Origin: Klebsormidium nitens | Lineage: Eukaryota; Plantae; Klebsormidiophyceae | Direction: 5' to 3' | Assembly (NCBI GenBank): GCA_000708835.1 | Contig: DF237270.1 | Span: forward strand, 1 to 64,000 | Length of the DNA: 64,000 bases | In this document: piece after piece, positions 38,401 to 51,000 of the stretch | Layout: each line of letters starts with the position of its first letter | How positions within the stretch are numbered: position 1 is the stretch's first letter | Position numbers and translations under genes: made by a program | The notes under the pieces: generated by a model | What the model saw: the letters and a program-made list of their open reading frames with translations, nothing else | What the model was told of the DNA's origin: nothing | The model's database searches: none

Positions 38401-41400
38401 GAGGCTGTCAGTGTCGTGGCCCCAGCCCAGTACCCCCCAACTGGACCACGAGAAGGAACCGGAGGTTCAACGAAGCATCCCCATACAGGACGTCACTCCA
38501 ACGGAAAAGCCACGCGCACTCTAGTTTCATGCATCCCAGATACACGTTATCAACCCTGAAAGTTTCGTGTTGTGTGGGTTTCTCATCTGTTTCATCGCTT
38601 GTCAACGACGGGTTCTGTTCGTCATGTCCCTGGGGGAGCTCTTTTGACAAGCTGTACCATTGTGCAACCAGCAGAGTTGACACCACTCCTAAGAAGAAAA
38701 CCCCTTTTGTCCGTCTGAATCTTAACCAAGCTCTAGGTCATCGCAAACCGACCAGAGAGACCTTGGACCCACCAACTGGGTTGCCGCTTTGGTCCACTAG
38801 CCCGGACGTCCGGCCGAGCCAGTATGCGCTGATGATGGCACAGCTGATGACGAGCACCGGCAGGGCGACCGACTCCAGGCCCAGGCTGACGCCAGCAATG
38901 ATGTTGGTGCCGTGGCCTGGAGGACAGGAGTTCTGATGGGTGGAAGAGATACAGATTTACGGAGCCAGAGTCGAAGCCCACCAGGATCCTGCGTGCTCTC
39001 GTAAGCTTTGCTGAAGCGTCTCAGGAGGCGTTACGGAGAAGGGTACGAACAGCTATGAAGGCGGAACGAGCTTCGAATCTCGAGGAAACGCTGCGAGGGA
39101 AGGTTTCCGCAAGCACCTGCAACGATCGGGTCCTTCGTCCTTTGTGGACGAAGAACATTCTTGCGGTGCAAAGCGTCAGCTTAAGTGCTGGACACATGGT
39201 CACAAACAATGAAAGAAGAACATCTCAAACGTTTTGTGCTCCCCTCCTGCCATTACTAAGTCAAATGGTGCGGTCTTTCACCGCACCTACCAGATACTCA
39301 TACTGCTTCATAAAGTGCAAAACTTGCCGAGCAAACCCCCAGGATACAAGCTGGAAGAATCCTCTAGTAGATACATTGCAGAGAGAAAGAAGACCGGGTC
39401 ACACCAGCCTGTCTCATTTGCGAAGCTCGGAAAACCCTGTGGAAAAGCTGGAAGATTTTGTGACAGCCAAAAGACGATATAGCCGGGAAAAGAAACCCAA
39501 AAAGCTGAAACACTCTAGCTCACCCGTGGTGCTCGCCTCGGCCAGCACGCGCACCGGGCGGTACTTGTAGTCGGTATAGTACTGGGATATCCACACAAAC
39601 AGGTACGCGGTGATAATGCCCACGAGCCCGCACAGCGCAAAATGCAGCCACGCCGAGGGGGCAGCTTCCGAGTACAGAAGCCAGCGGGTGGACCCCCCGA
39701 AAGCGAGGACGGCCAGAAAGAGCGTGAGCGAGTAGCCGCGCTGGAGAACTAGCATGGGGTCCTCGACGGGGCTCTTGGAGGACGGGTCGCGCGTGCCCTT
39801 GATGGAAAGGATGCCGATTGCGGAGACGACTAAGTCGAAGGTGTGGACGACGAGCGGGAAGAGGATGAAACCTGAGGCGTCTGGAGGAAGAGAGAGAGAG
39901 GGTTAGCTCTCCGGAGAAGGGGTTTTGGCGGTTTTGCGAGATGTGGTGTGAAGTTTGCGGGTGATCCGGTGTTCGACAAAATGCACAGGACGATGTAAAT
40001 CACAAGAAGAAAGAATCTCAAGCGAGTTTAGAGTGCGAGTGTCTTCGCACTCGCTTTCTTTTCACCCAAAAACTGCATTGCCTCAGCGAATCGAATTATG
40101 CCATGACCTTCGGGGTGTCGCTCTGGGGACATTTGACAGGGTAAAGAACGGAAGAACGGGACATTGAGTCAACCACAACATTTGGTTGTCGACTTACATC
40201 CGAGAAGCTTAGCAAACCGTTCCGAGCATAACCGCTTGGAATCCTCGGATCGAGCAACCTTTGCGGCGGCTCTTGTTCCCAAGAAAAGTGGTTGAACATT
40301 CTCTATCGAATAAAGCACTTCAGGCTGCCTAACATTGGATGAGAACAAGCGTTTTGAATATCTGCACTCGTGTGCTTATCTTCCTGAAGCAAGGCAGATC
40401 TCAATTGAAGAAAGCGACTTTTTCCAATCAAGGGCCATTGACGTTCTCTAACACGGTAGGGTCTACCGACCTGCAATCTTGCACTTTTTGGCCATAGTCC
40501 CTCCCAGTATCATCGCACTGATGATCTCCGCCGCTATGCTCTCGAACAAGTCCGCTCCTCTCGCTGCGCAATCGCCCACGTTGTCCCCAACCTGTAGAAT
40601 AGGACCAGCGCTTAGAACTTCAGAAACTGGTGAACACACCTAATCAGATGATTCAACAACTTGAACTTCTGCTGAGGCGGCGTTTGCAATTCCTATCTGC
40701 GCGCATTTTGAAAGCGTCATCCTCAAAGTCGCTGAATTGGCCAATAATGTGAGGTCAATCGACAATGTTATGAGGGCGTCGTAAACCCTATAATTCTGCG
40801 GCGACCACTGGGCCCGTATGCCAATCTTCGACGTCGCTAAACGTGGTCCCACATGAGTGAGTCCTCAACCAGATTAGAGCAGGATCGACTGCGCAGGGAC
40901 CACGGCGGGACCACATGGTCAAACGCCTTCTCCAAGAAAACGATGGCATCCGTTTACTCGCGATTTGGAGGTGAGACCGCTGACGAATTTCATTTTACTA
41001 GCCATACTGAACATTCAGTATGGTAGAAAACGAGGCGTCTGAAGATCTGGCGTCAGGGGACCAGCTTGTGCTGAAGCGCACAGAATCGACCCATAGTAAT
41101 AAATCTGGCAAAGGCTGAATCCGGGCTGGAGGTCACTAGAAAAATCAAAGCAGAACAAAGTAATGAGATGAAGGGTGGCACCAGATCTGCGATGACAGCC
41201 GGGTTTCTGGGGTCGTCCTCGGGGATCCCCTGCTCGACCTTGCCGACCAGGTCAGCGCCGACGTCAGCGGCCTTGGTGTAAATGCCCCCGCCCAGCTGGG
41301 CGAAGAGCGCCACGAAGGAGGCGCCGAAACCGTACCCCACCAGCAGCAGAGGCACTGGAACAGAAACATAACGGGTGTCACAAAGGTTTGAACGACTTCA

Positions 41401-44400
41401 GAATCCAGGGAAAGAGTCCGGGTGCGAGTCTAGATATATTTGGGTTTCAGAGTCCATCACAACTAGTATGTGTTCCACTGGATAAAGCCCCGACTCGACG
41501 GCGTCCCAGGTAACGAGTCTTTTGAAAATTAAAATCCTTGGCATCCAAAAGAGGATTCAAGAACTTCGCTTCGCTCAAAAGTGCTGAGTCATGTTTTCGC
41601 GTTTTTCAAAAGCCAATGTCGCCAAGGTCCAATATTCCGACCACCATCCGTGTGCGCTACTCATAGGACAGTTCAACAACAATCGCAGGGGGTCTTTCAG
41701 GAACGAATCGTGGCGGCAAGATTCCAGAACGGAACCTGACGCGTCGCAAGGTCGTCCTGGATCACAACCGTGGCAACATTTCCGCAGGAATGGGAAGGTA
41801 ATACAGCGCTTCACCGTCTTCCATGTACAAAACGTTAAATCCCCGGACGTCAAAATAGGCGAAAATTCATTCCGGAACGGAACAAAGGCGGAACTTTGGC
41901 CAGCACGGAACCATAAGGCAGCGCTCACCGTCTTCCATGTACATGGAGTTGAGGCCCCGAACGTCGAAGTAGACGAAGGCGGCTGAGTACAGGATGCTGA
42001 TCCCCAGTACGGTCATGCCCACCACAATCAGCGCCGAGAAGCCCCCGGCCCGCAGCGCAATCTGAGGGGGTGACGTGAGTGGTGAGGTGTAAGTGTGAAT
42101 CTAATGTTCAACTGATGGCTGGTTCCGTCAGGGACCCAACAGAACGAAACCCGACCAGAGGGCTCGATATCAGAGTACCGTACTGCTTTCCGATTAAGGC
42201 AAGGATCTGGCCTGCCGATGGGTTAAATTGATTATTCAAGCGCAATAATGGTCGATACGGTTCTTTTTAGCAGGTAACGTTGGGTCTGCCCAGTTTCTCA
42301 AACATTTCAAGATTCATTATATGCCGTTGAAGGGCCGAAGTTGAAAGCAGTACGGTATAAGGTCGAGCCTTGATTTCCCAAAAAGCTGCACGCATTCCGT
42401 CACATAATGGAACCGCGTCAACGGCGATAATGCGAAATGAAACGCGGCACGTTGTTTGGAGCAACAAGGATACGAACCTGCAGCGCCTCCCGTGCGGACC
42501 TCCGGGCCGCGCCCGCGACGCGCACGTTCGCACGCACCGAGACCCACATCCCGACGTAGCCCGCGATCGCGGAGCATACGGCGCCCAGCAGGAAGGAGAA
42601 GCACGTGATAAAGGCCAGTGTTGACCTGAAAGGACAGAGGATCGGGTTAGGGTAACCCGAAGGAGTCGAGAAATTGGGTTTGGTGGACCGGAGGGAGTGA
42701 GGAAACGGGTTTTCTTTGGTCTGGGCAGTTTGAGTAAAGTTTGACTGAGCTCAATGAGTGAAGGATCGCGTTTGGTTAGGGGGTGACCTTCAACTCGTTT
42801 AGGAACTGGGGACCAGCCATCTGTGTCGGGAGTCAACATCTCCAGGATATGAGAGAGGCCAGTAGATTGAGATGCTGACAGAACCTCACGGCCCGGAAAC
42901 TGTGTCACAGAAGGGTTGAGGAATCATTTCAGTGGAATTCAAACCAAAAACGACGAAAAGAGACGATGACGGTGGTTTTTCATGACGGCCTTCTACGAAC
43001 AGGGACAACTAATACTTCGAATCAACTTTAAATGAACGTACTTTTCTTAATGGTTTGTAAGCTCACCGCTGCAGCCCAGCAGCTTCCTGCTCGGGTGTCG
43101 TTTTTCTAAACAGGTAGATCACCACGATCGCCACCGCCAGGAACACGGACATACGTCCAATCGCCCCGTACTGCGTCCGGAAGAAGCCCTCGGCGCCGTC
43201 CCGAATCGCATCGGAGATCTGCAAATGCGGCAAACGATGTGTTTGAGATAACACGAGGATCTCCCAGATTCCCACCGGAGCTGCTAGGGTGACGTGTGAA
43301 GGGGTGAGTTTTTAGGGAACGTCAGCTGGCTGGTCATAGAGGCAACGAAGGGTATCTGTCGACAGCTCACCTACAGAGCCTTCCAAAAAGTGGCTGCGAA
43401 AATTGACTTCTCTTTCCCTTGTAAACAGCTAACGATCAGCCTTCTGAGATCCAGCAATTCTATAGATAGCATCTGGCACACCTCAATCATCTCGGGGGTT
43501 CCCTCATCCTTGGCAAGCACCCACTCGCAAAGCAAAGTAGGATGCAAGGAGCCCACTGAGCATGCAGCTAGTTGGGAAGAGGTATGATCGAAAACAGACT
43601 TTACAAGAGTAGCAATCTCGCAGAGATGTAACCGGCCCACCTCAATCGTTTTGGGGGTCTCTCGTCCTCCGCAAATACTCTAAGCGAAAATTCGTAGGCA
43701 AGGAGCCCACTGATTATGCAGCTAGGTTGGAAGAGCTACGAATGACAATAGAGTATCCAAGAGTAGCAAACCCGCAGAGGTGCAACTGGCCCACCTCAAT
43801 CATCTCGGGGGGTCCCTCGTCCTTTGCGAGCACCCATTGCGCGAGGTAGCACGCAAAGAGCAGGCTGAGCACGCACGTGATAAGGACGAAGACGATGATG
43901 CCCGACGTCTTGCTGCCGATGTACAGCATGCCAAAGCACGACACGAGGGCCAGCGAGTAGTACAGCCGGCGGTCGACGCTCAAGAGCACCCGCAGCAGCT
44001 GCAGACGGATTAGTGAACTTGACCATTTGTTGTTCAATCCAAGCGAGTTCTATGGGGGTGTGTTTTGTGAGGATTTCTGCGCCCCAATGAAGTACTCGAC
44101 TGTCGGAGTGGAGTTCCTAAAGTTTGGCATGGTCAGCAAGGTCAGGTTGTTGTTGGATCCAAGAGAGTTCTATGGGGGTGTGTTCTGACGGTTCCTGCGC
44201 ACCAATGGTATACTCAACGTCGGAGACGAGTTCCTAAAGCTTGGCATGGCCAGCCAGGTCAAGAAGTGGTGGGGGTATTATCCAATCTGCTCTTGACCGA
44301 CAGGTGTTCATCTTCGCAATGCATGACAGCACTTTGAGCTTTGCGACGCTGTAGTTGTTGATCTTCTTTCCTGAAGTGGGCAAAGAGTACAAAGGCAGCT

Positions 44401-44681
44401 CCCGGCCCCCGCGCCCTACATTATGCATCCTGTATGCTTGCCTTGCTAAACCCTGGGCATAGGACACATTGAGGTACTGCCTAAAGTAGTCAGAACATGC
44501 CAGTTTGTTGAACATTCAAAAGTAGTAGTGCTTTCCTAGGCGCAATGCCAAGTTGTGACAACTGGACCAAGCGGGTTGCTTCTCTACTCACCCAGAAGTT
44601 GACCGGCTTTTTGGCAGAGTATATCTTCTTTGAGCGCGCCCCCGACTCAAGGTCGGACTTCCCCGTCGGGTCGTCCTCCAT
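35405..44681 (-). CDS. AVP2: Membrane H+-translocating pyrophosphatase, type II (K+-independent, AVP2/VHP2-like), 13 exons
   Basis: Exons about 44681-44592, 44000-43795, 43218-43067, 42625-42480, 42062-41929, 41352-41182, 40591-40472, 39880-39526, 38917-38775, 38030-37780, 37331-37143, 36357-36028, 35507-35405. Motifs: [60 protein letters not shown] (the Lys-containing signature of K+-independent enzymes), [24 protein letters not shown]. Confidence 0.96.
36910..37140 (-). repeat. Three decayed copies of the exon 3' end/donor (FLEKPGIM|GT) inside the following intron
   Basis: On the minus strand, ttgctggagaagccgggaatcata, ttcctggaaaggctggggattacgggtgat and tttctgaagaagtcgggaatgatg resemble the true ttcctggagaagccggggatcatg|gtgaga. 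Confidence 0.75.
37400..37690 (-). repeat. Intronic copies of both flanking exons of the H+-PPase
   Basis: tgcag|[11 protein letters not shown] at 37449, tgcag|[11 protein letters not shown] at 37575, and [13 protein letters not shown]...LAS.LL.SAYVD at about 37685-37590. Confidence 0.85.
38090..38285 (-). repeat. Two intronic copies of the acceptor and start of the GGLFGT exon
   Basis: cag|[31 protein letters not shown] at 38182, 152 bp from the true acceptor at 38030, and cag|GRLFGT at 38280. Confidence 0.88.
41805..41860 (-). repeat. Intronic copy of an exon 3' end with intact donor ([15 protein letters not shown]|GT)
   Basis: caccgtcttccatgtaca occurs at 41812 and 41926 (period 114). 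Confidence 0.85.
43420..43860 (-). repeat. Three-unit tandem array (about 154-159 bp) spanning the exon 2 donor of the H+-PPase
   Basis: True [14 protein letters not shown]|GT at 43795; copies [13 protein letters not shown]|GT at 43641 and [14 protein letters not shown]|GT at 43482. The intronic parts (aaggagcccactga..atgcagctag) are duplicated as well. Confidence 0.9.
44030..44275. repeat. About 121-bp tandem duplication in H+-PPase intron 1
   Basis: atccaag.gagttctatgggggtgtgtt...gagttcctaaag.ttggcatgg occurs twice. Confidence 0.88.
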
Positions 44682-47600
44682 GTCGGAGTTGGCCGCCGAC
44701 GAGCGCCCCGACGCCAGGCGCCGCGAAACGGGGAGAAGTTCTGCTCCCGACGCCAGCGAGAGCTCGCTGTCAAGACCCAGAATTGTTATGCTTACTTTTG
44801 GTATAATGTGGTTACAAAGGTGTCTGACTTAGAATGAGGCTTCAGTGAATTGGACAGTGAAGGAACCGAAGGGGAAGAAGCGAATGGGGTGACCACCTCG
44901 GGGCTTACTACTCTAACCTTTCCCTTATCCTTATGGAATTGGGCTGGCTATGCCGAGCCATAAACTGCTCGGCAGTAAGCAAGTAGCATTGCTCTTTTTC
45001 TCGTCAGCTAGTTTTAAAAACTAGCGCATTGAACCAGCTAAAGTCTCCACCTCTGAGCTGTTCGACATTTGTGCCCTTTTCTTTGCATCTGCAGGGAAGC
45101 GCAAATGGCACTTTGTGTCTTCCATCTGGCCGTCGGGGGATAGTAATCTCTAAGACATCCCTTGCTTACTTAAGGCCAGATTGACGTGGCAGTCGCTTGG
45201 TTGAATTGGAGTGAATCTTGGTCTGCCAATTGCATCAGATTTTGGTCTCCCAGGAAGCTGTCTGTAAAGGCTACCATCTTGTTAGCATTCTGCTCGAGAC
45301 GGTCTGGTTCTCATGGTTATAGGTAGTGTTAAAAGCTCCTAGAACCATCTTGAAACCCCAGAATCAGACATGATTTGATGGGCCGCTGTCTGAATGAAGT
45401 ACGCTTGTCAAACAATTGCCTGTGGTCTCGACGCCACCATAGTTAATAGATGTTCTGAAAGCTTTGCTCCTTTGTGGTTGAAGCGGACTTTCTTTGCATT
45501 GACTGATTTCACGATCATAAAAACATGGAGACAAGTGAAAGAACCCAATGTGGAATTTGAGAATTGTATTGCTGCTGTGCCTCCAGAATGAAAAAGAATC
45601 TATACGGGATTGTTTAAAAGTGATGAAGAAGGTCACCTTAGTTGCCGCAAAAACTGTATCCCTTGTCTTTCAATTCCTGCTTTCTATCTTAAACCACCTA
45701 CATTGATCCTGAACAGGGCGACTAATGATGTGCGATCCCCCAGCAACTTGCAGCAATGCATACTTCCCAAACCCTGAACATCTTCAACAGATATTGCATC
45801 CTACATTTCTAGCTCCAGCAGCTGTATGAGAGAAGGGAAGAATGCGCTGCTCTACTTACCTGGTGGGCCTCGAAAGGGATGCCTGAAACCCCTGGGTAGA
45901 CTGTGATTGGGCCAGGGTGACCGGTGTCAAAACTCAAATCTATAAAGTCACTACTTGACCGAGCTGCAGCTGGAATAGGATCAATCAGTCCTAGAATGGG
46001 CCTTTAGAAATCTATTCAGGTCGCGGTCGAGCAGAATTGAGAACCCCAAAATATACTCCCTTACTTTTGCTGTTTTCCTACTACAAAGCGAGACCGATCA
46101 GGTTGCAGATCATGTCACAACTCCTTGGAAACATCCTCCAAAACAGGTTGCTGCAACCCGTCTCTCGTTATCCTAGACTCGGATGGGCGCCATTGCACCT
46201 TTCTTCCTGTTCGAACTTTTGGAAGCATGATGCAGGCCGTGAATTGCGGTTGGTCAGGCCAGAAACTGAGAAAGAAGCTAGCCATGTACCTACATGTGAC
46301 AAGCTCTGATTGGTTGCTTGTCTGCATTCTGCAGAAACTATCGACGGTTCGATGAACAGAGTATATGTTACTTTCGGTGATCGACGGTTATAAAAGCCAA
46401 TGTTGATGGCCACTCCTGTAACTATGTAATTATGGAGCGTATTACGGTACCCAATCTAGTTTTGAAGAGAAAGTGAAGCCTGAAGGCTGAAGGATGCAAG
46501 TTTGCCTTGCTATTAGTTGAGCACTGCACAGATTGTCTGCTGACGCTCTGGCAGTGGGGGGTTCTGAGGAGACGCCAAGTCTGTGCACCTGAGTGTTGCT
46601 GGTAAAGGTGCAGTTCAAGGGCATGCACGGAAACCCAGCTTGGCATCAAAGCTTAGGGAGAACGCTGCGGTGGTGCTGATGCGCAGGCGGCGTTGAATCA
46701 AGCTCCAGATCATTCAAGGGTTCTGATTCTGGAACGAGCGTTCCATCCTTGAAGGTAAAGTGGTGACTGTGTGATGTGAAATGTAAAAGGGGTTTAGCAT
46801 TTACCATCTCATGTTATATCCAGCAATAGATGCATTGCTTGTCAGAAACGGGTGTTGCTGAACTCTGTTTTTGAAACATCAATGATAAAGTAGCAAACTC
46901 GTTCAAGTGACGCTTTCCGAAGAAGCAATGCATTGGTGGTAATCTGGATGTGCAATGAGTGCAGTTACATCCAATGAGTGCGTTTGTCATGATGGTCATA
47001 TTCCAATTTCCGGATCCAGATTGCTCTTGGTGGTGCTTCTTAAGAAGTAGTCCTGTTATTTTGCCCTAGCTTCCAATCGCGGATGGTAGCATAGGCTGTT
47101 CTCGAATAACCCAGCTAAGCTCATGAGTTCTTGCTGATGCTGGTGGTTTTGACTCGGTTGTCCTGTACTGTTTTCTCTCTGTTTCTCGTCTTTGTGAAGT
47201 ATGCTTCAATCGTTCTACTAAATGATTGCGACCGGCATAAGAAAAGCTTGGACATTATACTATCAAGCATGATGTATACACTGTCTCTCACTCACACAGG
47301 GGTGCCATCTGCTGCTAGTTGCTAGCAGATGAAGTTCAAATTACCTCTCACCTCAAAGACAAGTTTACCAGGGTTTTTTGACGTTGACCGTGTCAGTGTT
47401 GGTGTGGTGATTGCCCTGCCTCTGGTCGGTCTACGTTCACCCGTACACTGCTCAACGTACGACTCTGATTGCAGGCCATGTATCAGCCAGAAGCGCCCCA
47501 CTTAGACGGGCAGCCCGGTGGTCCAGTCAATGCACTCTCGGTGAGTGTAACCAAGGCAATGCGTGTCAGGTTCTCTGGCGAGGATAGAGTGTGGTCCAAG

Positions 47601-48093
47601 GCAGATTTTGCGGGAACCAAGTCTTTAGTGGTACCAATGGATTGGAAGGCGGTACTGGCTTTGTATCCCATTGCCCGCTGATTACTCTCAACAACGGGAA
47701 GTTGTCTACTGTTACTGTATTGAGGTCAGTACTGGCTGCGTACCTTAATGTTGCTCTCAACGTTCAACATTACATAAGATCTGTGTCTCTGTATTTGGCA
47801 AGGATGTTGGGCCGCTTGTTGCTTAGGGGCTCGTTCACAAGGAGCTCTTTGTGTAGCCGCTCCAGCAAGTTGTGTACTCCGAATTTGCCAGTGGTTGACG
47901 CAACGAGAGGTTGGTGAGAAGGCTGCAGCAAGGTTAAGGGCACGCAAGCCATCTTAGACGACTTTGCCACATACAGGCCAGCAACAAATCACTGCCACCA
48001 GACAACTCGCAACAAGAAAACTATCGTTCCAAACCACTTAAACATAGTGCTTCATCGCTAACCCGTCGTCCCAACATACTTCTGTAGGGTGGC

Positions 48094-51000
48094 ATGACTG
48101 GGGGTACAGATCCCGCCCCTTCCCACTTGGGGCCGCAACCCCCGGCAAAGCCATCCCCTCAAGCAGACGGCAGAAAGTGGCCTCCCTATGAGAGGAGGGG
48201 CCGGGAAGAGGAACCGCCAGGGCCCCGCCTTTGGGTGGGGAATTTGTCCCCAAGCGTCACCGAGAAGGAGTTAATGGATCGCTTTGGCCCGTGAGTCCCA
48301 GCCCTGTCTGTCTTTTCTGCTTTGTATCAATGGTTCTTGTTTTTCATGGGTTTTCGTTAAGTCATCAATGCTTTGCCTCAGTGTTCCGTCTAGATCCTGA
48401 CTTTCTTGTCGAGGCTGCAGCAACAAACGAAAAACGAAGACAATAGCTTCTGACTGGTCGTTTTTGGAAGAACTTCCCCAAATAATCTTACACTCCACCC
48501 ACCTCGTCTATCTTGGTTAATATTATCCCTGTCGTTTAGCTTGATACCGCAATGAATCTTCTGCTGGTGGTTCTAGCCATCCAACAGCAGGCTCGTCTCA
48601 TCTGCTCCTACACTTGTCGATCTCTACTTTGCTCTTCACAGCCCGATTTTCTGAACGACACTTTAAGCCAAATGTGCACAGATTGTTTCCTTTTTGACGA
48701 TCTAATGTGTTGCATGAGATTTGCTGACCTTCAATGGCCAGTGGCTGACTCTCTTCGTATCCGCTTTCTGTAGGTTCGGGCCTCTGGACAGCGTCTTTGC
48801 GCACAAGGAGCGCAACTTTGCATACGTCCAGTTTCGTGAAACCCAGGATGCCGAGGCGGCCAAGAACGCCATGAACGGAGCCAGCTTGTATGGGCAGGCG
48901 ATTCGTATCGAGTACGCAAAGTCGGTGAGTGAAAACTGTCCGCAATCAAACTTCAATCTCGGAGTTGCTTCAAGCTTTGTATGCCTCTTGTGATTGCTAC
49001 ACAATCGCCAAAGGCAGCAGTGTTTTGGGCAGTCAATTTCTTTGCCAGCAATTTCCCTTTGTATTGTTGGGTCGATGAATCGGAGCATTCCCCCACCATT
49101 CCAACAATCCTTATAATATCGTGCCACTCTCCAGACTGGTGTAATTTTCTTTTACAACAAACGAAGCACTCGTCTATTCCTGAACTTTTTTACCCTTGGT
49201 GGTACAGGATCCCAATCGGGGCGCGCCCCATCACCGGCCGCCTGCCCGGGAGCCGTATCTCGACAGAGCGCCACCACCGCGGGGTCCCAGACGTCCAGAG
49301 GTGACTTGTCTTTTCTTCGTGTCCTATTTCTTGTTGGCTGCTGTTACGTCATTCTCACCTGGTTTGTGCACTGCCAAGGTTGCATGTCAACCTTAGGAAG
49401 CGACGATCCGTTCGAGGAGCTTGCCGTCGCCCGACATGCTTGCAGGGGTATGGCGAGAGCCTGCGGTATTCTAGCTCAAGTGCGTCTTGGCCGTTTTAAA
49501 CCTGTCCGGAACATTCCACAGCTGACTTGGTTGTTTCCCTGCTCTGTCGCTCAGGCCTTTGGCACTGGGCGCGAAGGAAACGATCGCCTAACCTGAAGTC
49601 AGTCCCTCGTCTTCCCCTGGTGTAGATTGAGCGCCGCCCCATTGGCAATCAGGGGATCCTTAACCAGATTCTTCCACTTCCCCAGCAAATTAACCTAGAA
49701 GTAAAGTCTTTTTCGTTATGCAGCTCGGGCGCGACCCCGACGACCTGAACGAGCCGAGCCCGTGCCTCTGGATCGGTTTCCCGCCCGACGCCGACATCGA
49801 CGAGATGGTGCTGCGCGGCATCTTCGGGCGGCTCGGAGAGATCGACAAGGTTCGGTCGTTCCCGAATCGGCCGTACGCTTTCGTGCAGTTCTTTGACACG
49901 GCCACGGCGATGCGCGCTCGCGAGCAGGTGGGCCGTCTTTCTCTATCTGTGCTCTATTTTTTGTTCTGTCTGCAAGAGTGTCAGACACAGGAGACACCCG
50001 ACTGCAGAACTGCCGGAACTGTTGCACAGCCACCTCTCCGTGCTTACAATTGCGTGTCGATATGTTTAGCTATATCAGCTTCTAGAGAATCACTAGAGGC
50101 CTGAGAAAAGCTACAAATGCTTCAAAAATCAGAGACGCTCACTACAGGAAATTCTTTCCAGATTGTCGACGGGCATGAGGAATTGTGCCAACATAATCAG
50201 ACTTTCCCGCAGCTGAGCGCTGAAAGTCGATCCCTGACGTGGACGGAAACGACGATTTCAAGATACTTCCGTTGGCTGAAGACATCGTTTTATGCAGGTG
50301 CGCAAGTATCCAAGCAAGCTGAACGACCCACGTGTCAGCATCCGCTTCAGCAAGCAAGTGATCGGGGAGAAGCACCGGGGCAACGACACAGGATACCGGT
50401 GAGAAACAGCGCTCGGTTTGCTCTCGCACCTGCGGATTGGATTCATCGATAAGCCAGTGATAAGGAGCAGGTCAACCGTCCTTGCACGAGAGTCAGCTAT
50501 TGAAAGCAGCCGCGTTCGTGTCTCTGAGCCGCGTTTCTACGCTTGGGAAACGGGCAAATTTGTTTCTATGGAATAACTCGAGGTTACCCTTAGACGGGCT
50601 GCTTCGCCAGTCGTCTTGAGGTAAAACTTAGATAGCATCTGTCGGTTGGTTTTGAAACTGACCGAAACGGTACCTTCTAGAGCCATGCCACCAGCGTCCA
50701 ATGCTTTACCCCCTCCCATCTTTCCAACTAGATTTAGACGGCTTTGATCCATCTCCATACTCTTACCCTTTCTTACCTTCGCGCAGCCGACCTCGGGAGT
50801 ACGACTCTGCCGCTTCCGATCCATACTACCCCGACCCGCTCTCCCCCAACAAGCGGGCCCGCACCGGCGGTCCCTACGACAGCGCTCCTGCAGACTATGG
50901 CTACGGAGCGCCCCCACCGGGGCCTTCCCCCGGGCAACCAGGAGCACCCCCCGGATTTGGCGCCCCGGCCGCTTATGGGGCTTTGGAAGCGCCCGGTTAT

